DNA of 64,000 nucleotides from Selaginella moellendorffii (taxonomy: Eukaryota > Plantae > Lycopodiophyta): contig NW_003314264.1 of assembly GCF_000143415.4 (NCBI RefSeq), positions 600,774-664,773 of the forward strand, written 5' to 3'. The number at the start of each line of letters is the position of its first letter. Position 1 is the stretch's first letter. Of the stretch, positions 25,329 to 36,926 are shown piece after piece. The translations under genes were made by a program, and so were the position numbers. The notes below the pieces were generated by a model that saw only the letters and a list, made by a program, of their open reading frames with translations, made no database searches and was not told the DNA's origin.

Positions 25329-26496
25329 TGTAAGGAACCGACTCCCCGAGATGTCGTAAGCTAAAGGATCCCCAAAAGCTTGACCGAAATGACAAAGAGT
25401 TCATCGGATGGGACTAAGTCGAGGATCGAGTCCAAGACCGACTCTAGGACCGAGTTTGAGATAGAGTCCGGAATCGAGTCCGAGACCGACTCGGGGACTG
25501 AGTTCGAGTTCGAGTTCGAGACCGAGTTCGAGACGGAGTCCGAGATCCGAAATTGGGTCCGAGACCGAGTCCGAGGTCGAGTCCGAGGTCGGGTTCGAGA
25601 TCGGGTCCGAGATCGAGTCCGAGATCGAGTCCGAGACCGAATCCGAAGTCGGATCCGAAATCGGGTCCGAGATCGAGCCAGAGACTAAGTCCAAATACTA
25701 ATACGGGTCAAGGGGTGAAAGCCCAAAGCGTGCGTCTCCTAGGGGGGGGGGGGGCTGCAGGGGGTTTCAAAAGTATAGTAGGGATAGTGAGGTAGTGAGG
25801 TCTAGGAACCAGTCTTGAAGGAACTCTCCAGTGGTGCTTCCAAACTGACTTGAGGTTGAGACTGGGGCCGAGGGGCCTTGGGTGGGAGTGAGCATGGGCC
25901 TGAGTGGTGCCGGAGGGGCCACCCAGGGAAGTGCTCAAGAGCAGCTCCCACTCCCGAAAGGGAAACCGACTGCGGTGCTCCCGGCTCAGGTGGAGTGGTG
26001 CCCCACTTGAGTACCTTGTGGCTCATTGGTCCTCGCCCTTCCTAGGGGCTTGGGCCTTCCCTTCGGGATGGAAGTGGGGGGGTAGAGGTACCCATACCGG
26101 GCCGTTATGCCACGGTGTTTCGCCCTGACATCCCGAAGCAAGTGCTGCACCCAAGACTTGGGATTTAGAGGTCCCATGATCAAGTCTTGTGGTACCAAGG
26201 GGTGTTAGGAATCTGGAGGCTTGGTGTGCTTGGCTGTTTGTGCCTGCGGGGAGTGTAGCCGAACCTTAAGTCTAGTCTAACCCGAGGAGGGGGATTGGGA
26301 GAGATTTGGGAATCCGTAGATGGATGGCTAACACTCCGTTGCTCGTGCAGTAAGTAGCTAAAACCAAGTAGGACCAAGTAGGAGCTGGTACCATAGGCGG
26401 GAACCTTGGTGAGGGAACTTAGCACAAGCCAAGGCAGAGTTGGTCGGATAGACGAGGTAAGCTGGCAAATTGGAAAGGAAAAAATTGTGGCTTACA
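25329..26496 (+). repeat. Outer 5' LTR (family B)
   Basis: TG...CA, followed by the PBS. Confidence 0.95.
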
Positions 26497-29400
26497 ATTT
26501 GGTATCAGAGCCTCTTCCTCAGTTCTAGCGAAGGATAGAGGCGGATTGCTGGGAGATGGCAAGGGCAGGACGTAAGCGAACCCAGGAAGAGACGGAACCT
26601 CCTCCAGAGCTGGAGCCTCCGGTCGAACATGAGGCTATGGATGAGGAATCCTTGCATGAGGAGGACTCCAGTGAGGCAACTTCCAAACAGGAGTCTGGTG
26701 GTGAGGTTTGGTCGTCCAAGGCTCGATTGGATGTTCTAGAAGGACAATTGGCACAAACCAATGCCCTGCTGGAGACTCTCGTACGCAAGATAAAGCGTGA
26801 CGAGAAGCGGAAGAAAAAGCGAAAGACTGCGGATGCTGGCAGCGCAGAAGGTGCGGACCCTTCGGCAGGGACTGAGGCAAAACTAGACAAGGTCGAACAG
26901 ACCGAAGTGGAATCAGTCCCTCAGGCAGTTCCCAAGTACAAACCAAAGCCCCCACCGGTCTTCAAGGGAGTGAACGACTATGGTGGAGGATTGGTTTTAT
27001 GATATGGAGGACTACTTCCGAGCGTTACGATTACCGAGCTCGGAGAAGGTCCCATGTGCAAAACCATACTTGGCAGATAATGCCAAGTCTTGGTGGAGAA
27101 CAACAGAGGCCAACGAAGGACCGGTGGCCACTTGGGAAATGATGAAGGCGAGGATCCGCGCAACTTACGTTCCTCCGAATGCTACTCTGCATCTAAGGGA
27201 CGAGCTGAGTAGGCTGAAGCAGACTGGAACCATTCAGGAGTATGTGAATGGGTTTATGGCAAAGAGGATACTTGTCACGGACATGGGGGATATGGATGCG
27301 TTCCATGCCTTCATATCAGGTTTGCAAACCTGGGCTCGCGGCGAAGTAATGCGGTGGAACCCGACCAACTACAAGGAAGCGTTGGATGCGGCCATCAAGG
27401 TGCATTTCAACGATAACCTGCGAAAGGGGAACACGACAGGGTCGGGATCCACGTTTAGCAAAGGGGCCAAACCAAGGGGAACGTTTAGCAGAGGGAAATT
27501 CAAGAAGAGTTTCTCTAAGAATGAGTCCTCGGGGTTCCGGAAAGGCAGATCCGGTGGCCAGCGAGCGAGTACATGGGGGAGTCAAGCGAAAAGAGACAAA
27601 CCCACGGATAAGAAGGTCAAGTCGTGGGAAACAACGTATGCTACAACTGCGGTGAAGCGGGACACTTCTCGAGGGAATGTCCCTACCCAAAGAAGGCCAA
27701 AGCCAATATGGCCATCAAGTCGGGTGAAGTCCAAACGGAAGTATGTGATCCAGTCCCTAACTCAAAGTTACTCATTACACGAGCAACTTTGGTAGAGAGT
27801 CGTTCGCGACATCTATTAGCCCTTCGAGGGAAGTTCGGAGGTAGCTTTGTTAAAATCCTTATTGACATGGGTGCTTCGGATAATTTTGTGGCTGCAGACA
27901 TAGTCCGGCAAGCCTGACTAATGGTGCAGCGGCTAGGCGAACCAAGGACTATAGAGTTTGTTCAAGGTAGCCAAAGCACCGATGAGGTACTTCGACAAGC
28001 GAAAGTCGAAGTGGGGACTTGGAAGGTGGACATGGATTTCACCGTGTTGGACATGGCGGGATTTGACGTGATCTTCGGAATGGACTGGTTCAATCGATTC
28101 GTGGTAGCCCTGCATGGACAAGGTAGAAACTTTGTGGAACTGGCGAATGCCCAAGGAAGAAGATCTAGGGTGGAGGCCCAAGATCTTAAGGTAGGGCAAA
28201 GCAAGGCCAAAGATTCCTGCTTAAACCTGGTGTCCACGAGAGGACAACTCACTAAAGGAACTAAGGCGGCCTTTTTGTGCTTACTCTCGGTGAAGAGTGA
28301 CAAAAAGACAGGAATGGAAGAAGTACCTTTAGTGATCCAGCGGGTGTTGGACCAATTCCAGGATACCATGCCGGAGGAGCTACCGGCGGGGCTACCCCCA
28401 GCACGACCGATAGAACATAAGATTGAGCTAGTCGAGGGTGCTGAGGCAGTGGTTCGTCCCCCTTATCGTTTGAACGAAAAGGAACTCAAGGAGCTCAAGT
28501 GCCAACTAGAGGAGTTGGTGGACAAAGGGTATGTTAGGTTGAGCAAGTCGCCGTATGGGGCGCCGGTGTTATTTGTGAAAAAGAAAGATGGATCTATGCG
28601 CATGTGCATAGACTACCGGTTGCTCAACAAGTATACAAAGAAGAACAAGTACCCTTTGCCAAGGATTGAGGACCTGTTCGATAGGTTGGGAAAGGCAAAA
28701 TACTTCTCGAGGATTGACCTAAGGTCAGGGTACTACCAGATCAGGGTAGCCGAGGAAGATGTCGAGAAGACAACCTGTCGAACGAGGTATGGGAGCTTTG
28801 AGTTTCTGGTGATGCCCTTCGGGCTATGTAATGCACCGGCAACGTTTTCGGCGCTAATGAACCACATCTTTGTACCCTATCTGGATCACTTCGTGGTCGT
28901 CTATATCGACGACATCCTGATCTATAGCGAGACGCTAGAGGAGCATGCCGAACACTTGGCGAAGGTGTTTGAGAAATTAAGGGAACACAAACTGTATGCT
29001 AAAGAGAGCAAATGTGACATTGCTCAACAAGAGGTAAAGTTTCTCGGGCATGTGGTGGGCTAGGACGGGCTCAAGGTGGACCCGGAGAAGGTCCAAGCGA
29101 TCCAGGAATGGGAGCGACCATCCAATGTACACGAGTTGAGGGCATTCCTGGGGCTATGCAACTACTATCGAAAGTTTATCAGACACTATTCGAGAGTAGC
29201 CCTGCCCTTAACGGAACAAACAGGAAAAGGGAAGATGGTGTGGACAGCGGAATGCAAGGCGGCATTCATCCACCTCAAAGGGAAGTTGAGGAAGGCTCCC
29301 GTATTGGCATTACCAGACTTTGGTAAGGACTTTGAGGTAGAAATGGATGCTTTGGACTTTGCGTTGGGCACAGTTTTGAAGCAAGACAACCATCCGGTAG

Positions 29401-30414
29401 TGTTCTTCTCGAAGAAGCTGGACAAGGCTCAACGAAAGTGGCCTACCCACGAGAAGGAATTGTTTGCGGTGGTCAAGGCGCTCAAGGAGTGGCGACACTA
29501 CCTTGGGAGACACTTCAAGGTTTACACGGACAATGTGGCAACGAAACACTTCTTGTCACAGCCCGACCTAAGAGGGAAACAAGGTCGGTGGGCCAATGCC
29601 TTGGCTGGGTTTGATTGCGAGATTCTGTACAAGCCTGGGAAGAGCAACATCATGGCAGATGTGCTAAGTCGAAAAGCGAGCTTGAGGTTGGCAATATCCA
29701 GCGCAACAGCAACCTTCTGGGACGATGTGCGGACAGCATATGAGAACGATGGTCTAGCACAAGAAGTGTTGCTGAGGAATCTAGAGGCGCGGGAAGCTCA
29801 CCAGAGAGGTGAGCTGCCAACGGAAGAGAAAACGGGCTATGCGGAACGCAACGGACTCATCTATTACAAGCAAACGAGGGTGTATGTTCCAGAAGGGGAA
29901 CTAAGGAAGGTGGCCTTAGAAGAGTGTCATGACGGACCTCTTGCGGGACACGGCGGAGTGCCCGAGACGATGGGCTTACTCAAAAGGAAGTACCATTGGC
30001 CAGATATGGCTAAGGACGTCCAAGACTATGTAAAGACATGTCCAACATGTCAGCAGGTAAAAGCCGTGACTAAGGCTAGTGGGGGCTTGTTGCAAAGCAT
30101 CCCAATTCCAGATCGCCCGTGGAAATGTCTTACGATGGACTTCATCACGGGACTCCCCCCAAGCGAGGGGTTTGATGCGATATTCGTGGTAGTGGACCAA
30201 TTTTTGAAAATGGCACATTTCATACCCACCACAACGGAGGTGGATGCGGAAGGTGTGGCGAAGCTGTTCTTCGAACAAGTGGTTCGAGTGCGGGGAAGAC
30301 CGGAAGAGATCATCTCAGATCAAGATAAGATCTTCACCAGTAGGTTCTGGAGGACTTTGCTAGAACAGTATCGCACCAAGTTGAAATTCAGCACAGCCTA
30401 TCACCCACAGACAG

Positions 30415-30460
30415 GTATGGGGTATTAAGTCAAGTTGTTGGCACTAACACTTCTTGACAG
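30415..30460 (+). other. 46-nt spliceosomal intron in the integrase core (outer copy)
   Basis: GTATGG...CACTAAC...GACAG; removal restores YHPQT-D-GQTERVN. Confidence 0.88.
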
Positions 30461-30878
30461 ACGGACAAACGGAAAGGGTGAATAGGCAGCTGGAGGATTA
30501 TTTGCGATGCTATGTCTCGGGAGACCAGACCGATTGGGTAAGTCATTTGGGACTTGCGGAAATGTGTTATAACAACTCACCACATTCGAGTATCGGGGTG
30601 AGTCCATGGGAAGTCATCAATGGGCGAGCTATTGAAGGTCCTGTGGAACTCAGCGTGGCCGAGTATCATGGAGAGTTGCCCGCAGTGGAGGCATTCACGG
30701 CGGAAAGACTCAGCATTTGGAATCTAGTGAGGGATTCCTTGGAACGGGCTCAACAAAGGCAAACCAAATACGCGAACCAGAAGCGTCGGGATGTAGAGTT
30801 CCAAGCTGGGGAGAAGGTGTGGCTGAACACCAAGAACCTCAGACTACCAAGTGGGATCAGTCGAAAGTTGACCCAAAG

Positions 30879-30930
30879 GTAAAGATGCATGTATTCCTGT
30901 AAATGAATTGATCTTGAGTTCCTTAAGCAG
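30879..30930 (+). other. 52-nt spliceosomal intron in the integrase GPY/F region (outer copy)
   Basis: AG|GTAAAG...AAGCAG|G; removal restores RKLTQR-FAGPYEI. Confidence 0.88.
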
Positions 30931-31531
30931 GTTCGCGGGGCCTTACGAGATTGAGGCACGAATCGGTAAAGTGGCTTACCGACTCCGACTTCCTCGAGAG
31001 ATGGGGAAGATGCACCTAGTGTTCCACGTGAACTTACTCAAGCCGTACTTTGAGGATCTGCTTCGCAAGGACCAAGTGAGACCTTTACCTGAGGTTATCC
31101 AAGGGGAAGAGGAATACGAAGTCGAAGCCATCCTCAATGCGCGCAAGAGTAAGTGACCAGGACGCGAGGTGAGAGAGTTCCATGTGAAGTGGAAAGGATT
31201 TCCACACTGTGAAGCAACATGGGAACCGGAGGAGAACCTAGCGAACGCGCGAGATCTAGTGGAGGAATTTCTGCAAGGCAGAACTCTATGTACTTATGCA
31301 AAATTCAATTAAAAATATCAATTTGCAAAGTTGAGCAAGTGGCATATGTTGGGACCCGAAGGCGCGCCGAAGGTAAGCTAATTAGCATGGGTTGGATAGG
31401 TCGACCAGGCGTAGGGCACTACGCCCGACTCCCCACGGGGATGTCGAATCCGTAGACGTATTCTACGGAGGTTGGGTTCGAGTCCCAACCCCCTAGTAAA
31501 GCAAGGCTGGGTTCAAGTCCCGACCCCATAC

Positions 31532-34500
31532 TATAAGCCACAAATTTTTCCTTTCCACTTTGCCAGCTTACCTTGCCTATCCGTCCAACACTGCCTTGGC
31601 TTTTGCTAAGTTCCCTCGCCAAGGTTCTCGCCTATGGTACCAGCTCCTACTTGGTTTCAGCTACTCACTGCACGAGCAACGGAGTGTTAGCCATCCTTCC
31701 ACGGATTCCCAAATCACTCCCAATCCCCCTCCCCGGGTTAGACTGGACTTAAGGTTCGGCTACATTCCCCACAAGCACAAGCAGCCAAGCACACCAAGCT
31801 TCCAGGTTCCTAACATCCCTTGGTACCACAAGACTTGATCATGGGACCCTCTAAATCCCAAGTCTTGAGTGCAACACTTGCTTCGGGACGCCGGGGCGAA
31901 ACACCGTGGCCTAGCGGCCCGGTATGGGTACCTCTCGCCCCCCACTTCCATCCCGAAAGAAAGCCCAAGCCCCTAGGAAGGGCGAGGACCAATGAGCCGC
32001 ATGGTACTCAAGTGGGGCACCACTCCACATGAGCCGGGAGCACCGCAATCGGTTTCCCTTTCGGGAGTGGGAGCTGCTCTTGAGCACTTCCTTGGATGGC
32101 CCCTCCGGCACCATCCAAGTCCATGCTCACTCCCACCCAAGGCCCCTCGGTCCCAGTCTCAACCTCAAGTCGGTTTGGAAGCCCAACTGGAGAGTCCCTT
32201 CAAAACTGGTTCCTGGACCTCACTATCCCTACTATACTTTTGGAACCCCCTGCAGCCCCCCCCCCCTGGGAGACGCACGCTTTGGGCTTTCACCCCTTGA
32301 CCCGTATTAGTATTTGGACTTAGTCTCTGGCTCGATCTCGGACCCGATTTCGGATCCGACTTCGGATTCGGGTTCGGACTCGATCACGGACTCGATCTCG
32401 GACCCGATCTCGGACCCTACCTCGGACTTGACCTCGGACTCGGTCTTGGACCCGATTTCGGATCTCGGACTCCGTCTCGAACTCGGTCTCGAACTCGGAC
32501 TCGAACTCGGTCCCCAAGTCGGTCTCGGACTCGATTCCGGACTCTATCTCGAACTCGGTCCTAGAGTCGGTCTTTGACTCGATCCTCGACTTGGTCCCAT
32601 CCGATGAACTCTTTGTCATTTCGGTCAAGCTTTTGGGGATCCTTTAGCCTACGACATCTCGGGGAGTCGGTTCCTTACAACTCCACCACCCATAGAAGAA
32701 GTTCGATGCCCACATCGAACGTCTCGTTTTATCCTACGACTTGTTGTCCATGTCTCCGGGGGCATCCCCCCACTTAGCGGTGTGCCTAAGTTAGCCTCCC
32801 CGGCCAAGAGCCCATGACAACGGAATATAGGTGTCCCTATACTCCTCACCTCACCACGCCCTAGTATGGGGTCGGGACTTGAACCCAGCCTTGCTTTACT
32901 AGGGGGTTGGGACTCGAACCCAACCTCTGTAGAATACGTCTACGGATTCGACATCCCCGCGGGGAGTCGGGCGTAGTGCCCTACGCCTGGTCGACCTATC
33001 CAACCCATGCTAATTAGCTTACCTTTGGCGCGCCTTCGGGTCCCAACATATTGCACTTGCTCAACTTTGCAAATATATATTTTTAATTGAATTTTGCATA
33101 AGTACATAGAGTTCTGCCTTGCAGAAATTCCTCCACTAGATCTCGAGCGTTCGCTAGGTTCTCCTCCGGTTCCCATGTTGCTTCGCAGTGTGGAAATCCT
33201 CTCCACTTCACATGGAACTCTCTCACCTCGCGTCCTTGTCGCTTGCTCTTGCGCGCATTGAGGATGGCCTCGACTTCGTATTCCTCTTCCCCTTGGATAA
33301 CCTCAGGCAAAGGTCTCACTTGGTCCTTGCGAAGCGGATCCTCAAAGTACTGCTTGAGTAAGTTCACGTGGAACACTGGGTGCATCTTCCCCATCTCTCG
33401 AGGAAGTCGGAGTCGGTAAGCCACTTTACCGATTCGTGCCTCAATCTCGTAAGGCCCCGCGAACCTGCTTAAGGAACTCAAGATCAATTCATTTACAGAA
33501 ATACATGCATCTTTACCTTTGGGTCAACTTTCAGCTGATCCCACTTGGTAGTTTGAGGTTCTTGGTGTTCAGCCACACCTTCTCCCCAGTTTGGAACTCT
33601 ACATCCCGACGCTTCTGGTTCGTGTATTTGGTTTGCCTTTGTTGAGCCCGTTCCAAGGAATCCCTCACTAGATTCCAAATGCTGAGTCTTTCCGCCGTGA
33701 ATGCCTCCACTGCGGGCAACTCTCCATGATACTCGGCCACGCCGAGTTCCACAGGACCTTCAATAGCTCGCCCATTGATGACTTCCCATGGACTCACCCC
33801 GATACTCGAATGTGGTGAGTTGTTATAACACATTTCCGCAAGTCCCAAATGACTTACCCAATCGATCTGGTCTCCCGAGACATAGCATCGCAAATAATCC
33901 TCCAGCTGCCTATTCACCCTTTCCGTTTGTCCGTCTGTCAAGAAGTGTTAGTGCCCACAACTTTACTTAATACCCCATACCTGTCTGTGGGTGATAGGCT
34001 GTGCTGAATTTCAACTTGGTGCGATACTGTTCAAGGAGAGTCCTCCAGAACCTACTGGTGAAGATCTTATCTCGATCTGAGATGATCTCTTCTGGTCTTC
34101 CCCGCACTCGAACCACTTGCTCGAAGAACAGCTTCGCCACACCTGCCGCATCCACTTCTGTTGTGGTGGGTATGAAATGTGCCATTTTCGAAAATCGGTC
34201 CACCACCACGAATATCGCATCAAACCCCTCGCTTGGGGGGAGTCCCGTGATGAAGTCCATCGTAAGACATTTCCACGGGCGATCTGGAATTGGGATGCTT
34301 TGCAACAAGCCCCCACTAGCCTTAGTCACGGCTTTTACCTGCTGACATGTTGGACATGTCTTTACATAGTCTTGGACGTCCTTAGCCATATCTGGCCAAT
34401 GGTACTTCCTTTTGAGTAAGCCCATCGTCTTGGGCACTCCACCGTGTCCCGCAAGAGGTCCGTCATGACACTCTTCTAAGGCCACCTTCCTTAGTTCCCC

Positions 34501-36737
34501 TTCTGGAACATACACCCTCGTTTGCTTGTAATAAATGAGTCCGTTGCGTTCCGCATAGCCCGTTTTCTCTTCCGTTGGCAGCTCACCTCTTTGGTGAGCT
34601 TCCCGCGCCTCTAGATTCCTCAGCAACACTTCCTGTGCTAGACCATCGTTCTCATATGCTGTCCGCACATCGTCCCAGAAGGTTGCTGTTGCGCTGGATA
34701 TTGCCAACCTCAAGCTCGCTTTTCGACTTAGCGCATCCGCCACGATGTTGCTCTTCCCAGGCTTGTACAAAATTTCGCAATCAAACTCGGCCAAGGCGTT
34801 GGCCCACCGACCTTGTTTCCCTCTTAGGTCGGGCTGTGACAAGAAGTGTTTCGTTGCCACATTGTCCGTGTAAACCTTGAAGTGTCTCCCAAGGTAGTGT
34901 CGCCACTCCTTGAGCGCTTTGACCACCGCAAACAATTCCTTCTCGTGGGCAGGCCACTTCCGTTGAGCCTTGTCCAGCTTCTTCGAGAAGAACGCTACCG
35001 GATGGTTGTCTTGCTTCAAAACTGCGCCCAACGCAAAGTCCGAAGCATCCGTTTCTACCTCAAAGTCCTTACCAAAGTCTGGTAATGCCAATACGGGAGC
35101 CTTCCTCAACTTCCCTTTGAGGTGGACGAATGCCGCCTCGCATTCCACTGTCCACACCATCTTCCCTTTTCCTGTTTGGTCCGTTAAGGGCAGGGCTACT
35201 CTCGAATAGTGTCTGATAAACTTTCGATAGTAGTTGCATAGCCCCAGGAATGCCCTCAACTCGTGTACATTGGATGGTCGCTCCCATTCCTGGATCGCTT
35301 GGACCTTCTCCGGGTCCACCTTGAGCCCGTCCTGGCCCACCACATGCCCGAGAAACTTTACCTCTTGTTGAGCAAAGTCACATTTGCTCTCTTTAGCATA
35401 CAGCTTGTGTTCCCTTAGTTTCTCAAACACCTTCGCCAAGTGTTCGGCATGCTCCTCTAGCGTCTCGCTATAGATCAGGATGTCGTCGATATAGATGACC
35501 ACGAAGTGATCCAGATAGGGTACAAAGACGTGGTTCATTAGCGCCAAAAACGTTGCCGGCGCATTACATAGCCCGAAGGGCATCACCAGAAACTCAAAGC
35601 TCCGATACCAAATTGTAAGCCACAAATTTTTCCTTTCCACTTTGCCAGCTTACCTCGCGTATCTGTCCAACACTGCCTTGGCTTTTGCTAAGTTCCCTCG
35701 CCAAGGTTCTCGCCTATGGTACCAGCTCCTACTTGGTTTCAGCTACTCACTGCACGAGCAACGGAGTGTTAGCCATCCTTCCACGGATTCCCAAATCACT
35801 CCCAATCCCCCTCCCCGGGTTAGACTGGACTTAAGGTTCGGCTACACTCCCCACAAGCACAAGCAGCCAAGCACACCAAGCTTCCAGGTTCCTAACATCC
35901 CTTGGTACCACAAGACTTGATCATGGGACCCTCTAAATCCCAAGTCTTGAGTGCAACACTTGCTTCGGGACGCCGGGGCGAAACACCGTGGCCTAGCGGC
36001 CCGGTATGGGTACCTCTCGCCCCCCACTTCCATCCCGAAAGAAAGCCCAAGCCCCTAGGAAGGGCGAGGACCAATGAGCCGCATGGTACTCAAGTGGGGC
36101 ACCATTCCACATGAGCCGGGAGCACCGCAATCGGTTTCCCTTTCGGGAGTGGGAGCTGCTCTTGAGCACTTCCTTGGATGGCCCCTCCGGCACCATCCAA
36201 GTCCATGCTCACTCCCACCCAAGGCCCCTCGGTCCCAGTCTCAACCTCAAGTCGGTTTGGAAGCCCAACTGGAGAGTCCCTTCAAAACTGGTTCCTGGAC
36301 CTCACTATCCCTACTATACTTTTGGAACCCCCTGCAGCCCCCCCCCCCTGGGAGACGCACGCTTTGGGCTTTCACCCCTTGACCCGTATTAGTATTTGGA
36401 CTTAGCCTCTGGCTCGATCTCGGACCCGATTTCGGATCCGACTTCGGATTCGGGTTCGGACTCGATCACGGACTCGATCTCGGACTCGATCTCGGACCCG
36501 ACCTCGGACTTGACCTCGGACTTGGTCTTGGACCCGATTTCGGATCTCGGACTCCGTCTCGAACTCGGTCCCCGAGTCGGTCTCGGACTCGATTCCGGAC
36601 TCTATCTCGAACTCGGTCCTAGAGTCGGTCTTGGACTCGATCCTCGAGTTGGTCCCATCCGATGAACTCTTTGTCATTTCGGCCAAGCATTTGGGGATCC
36701 TTTAGCCAACGAAATCGCGGGGAGTCAGTTCCTTACA
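31532..36737 (-). mobile_element. Inner, inverted, internally deleted family-B chromovirus
   Basis: LTRs at 31532-32679 and 35614-36737; perfect TSD CATAC (31527-31531, 36738-36742); PBS fused directly to RT; PPT at 32680-32693. Confidence 0.95.
33083..35600 (-). pseudogene. Truncated pol (partial RT, RNase H, integrase, chromodomain) of the inner element
   Basis: YIDD, VETDASDFALG, VVVDRFSK, ISDRD and a complete chromodomain; same introns at 33935-33980 and 33465-33516; one TGA at ~33531. Confidence 0.93.
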
Positions 36738-36926
36738 CATACTAGGGCGTGGTGAGGTTAGGGGTATAGGGACACCTATATTCCGTTGTCATGGGCTCTT
36801 GGCCGGGGAGGCTAACTTAGGCACACTACTAAGTGGGGGGATGCCCCCGGAGACATGGTCAACAAGTCGTAGGATAAAACGAGACGTTCGATGTGGGCAT
36901 CGAACTTCTTCTATGGGTGATGGAGT

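Larger units (their letters stand above)
26556..31312 (+). pseudogene. gag-pol polyprotein (Gag, CCHC, PR, RT, RNase H, integrase, GPY/F, chromodomain), disabled
   Basis: CYNCGEAGHFSRECP; LIDMGASDNF (DTG mutated); YIDDIL; CHDGPLAGHGG...CPTCQ; MDFITGLP; EYEVEAIL...HVKWKG...TWEP. Frameshifts at ~26980 and ~27620; stops at 27915, 29061 and 31154; two introns. Confidence 0.95.

Noticed and set aside
25415-25690. CRISPR-like repeat array
   Set aside because: Degenerate 6-mer tandem with no unique spacers, no cas genes and a eukaryotic context
26960-27630. Programmed ribosomal frameshifts within gag
   Set aside because: There is no slippery heptamer, the shifts fall inside conserved Gag and the copy has other disabling stops; only one copy is available to compare
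30415-30930. Integrase ORF breaks as ordinary decay frameshifts or programmed frameshifting
   Set aside because: The breaks are discrete 46- and 52-nt GT-AG inserts shared by two independent insertions, and their removal restores the motifs exactly
31469-31525. tRNA gene or SINE (GGTTCGAGTCCC)
   Set aside because: Only T-arm-like hairpins; no acceptor, D or anticodon arms and no A-tail recognised
33967-35640. 557-aa ORF as an intact functional protein
   Set aside because: It starts at a non-ATG codon inside the LTR across a deletion junction, lacks the RT N-terminus and ends in intron 1
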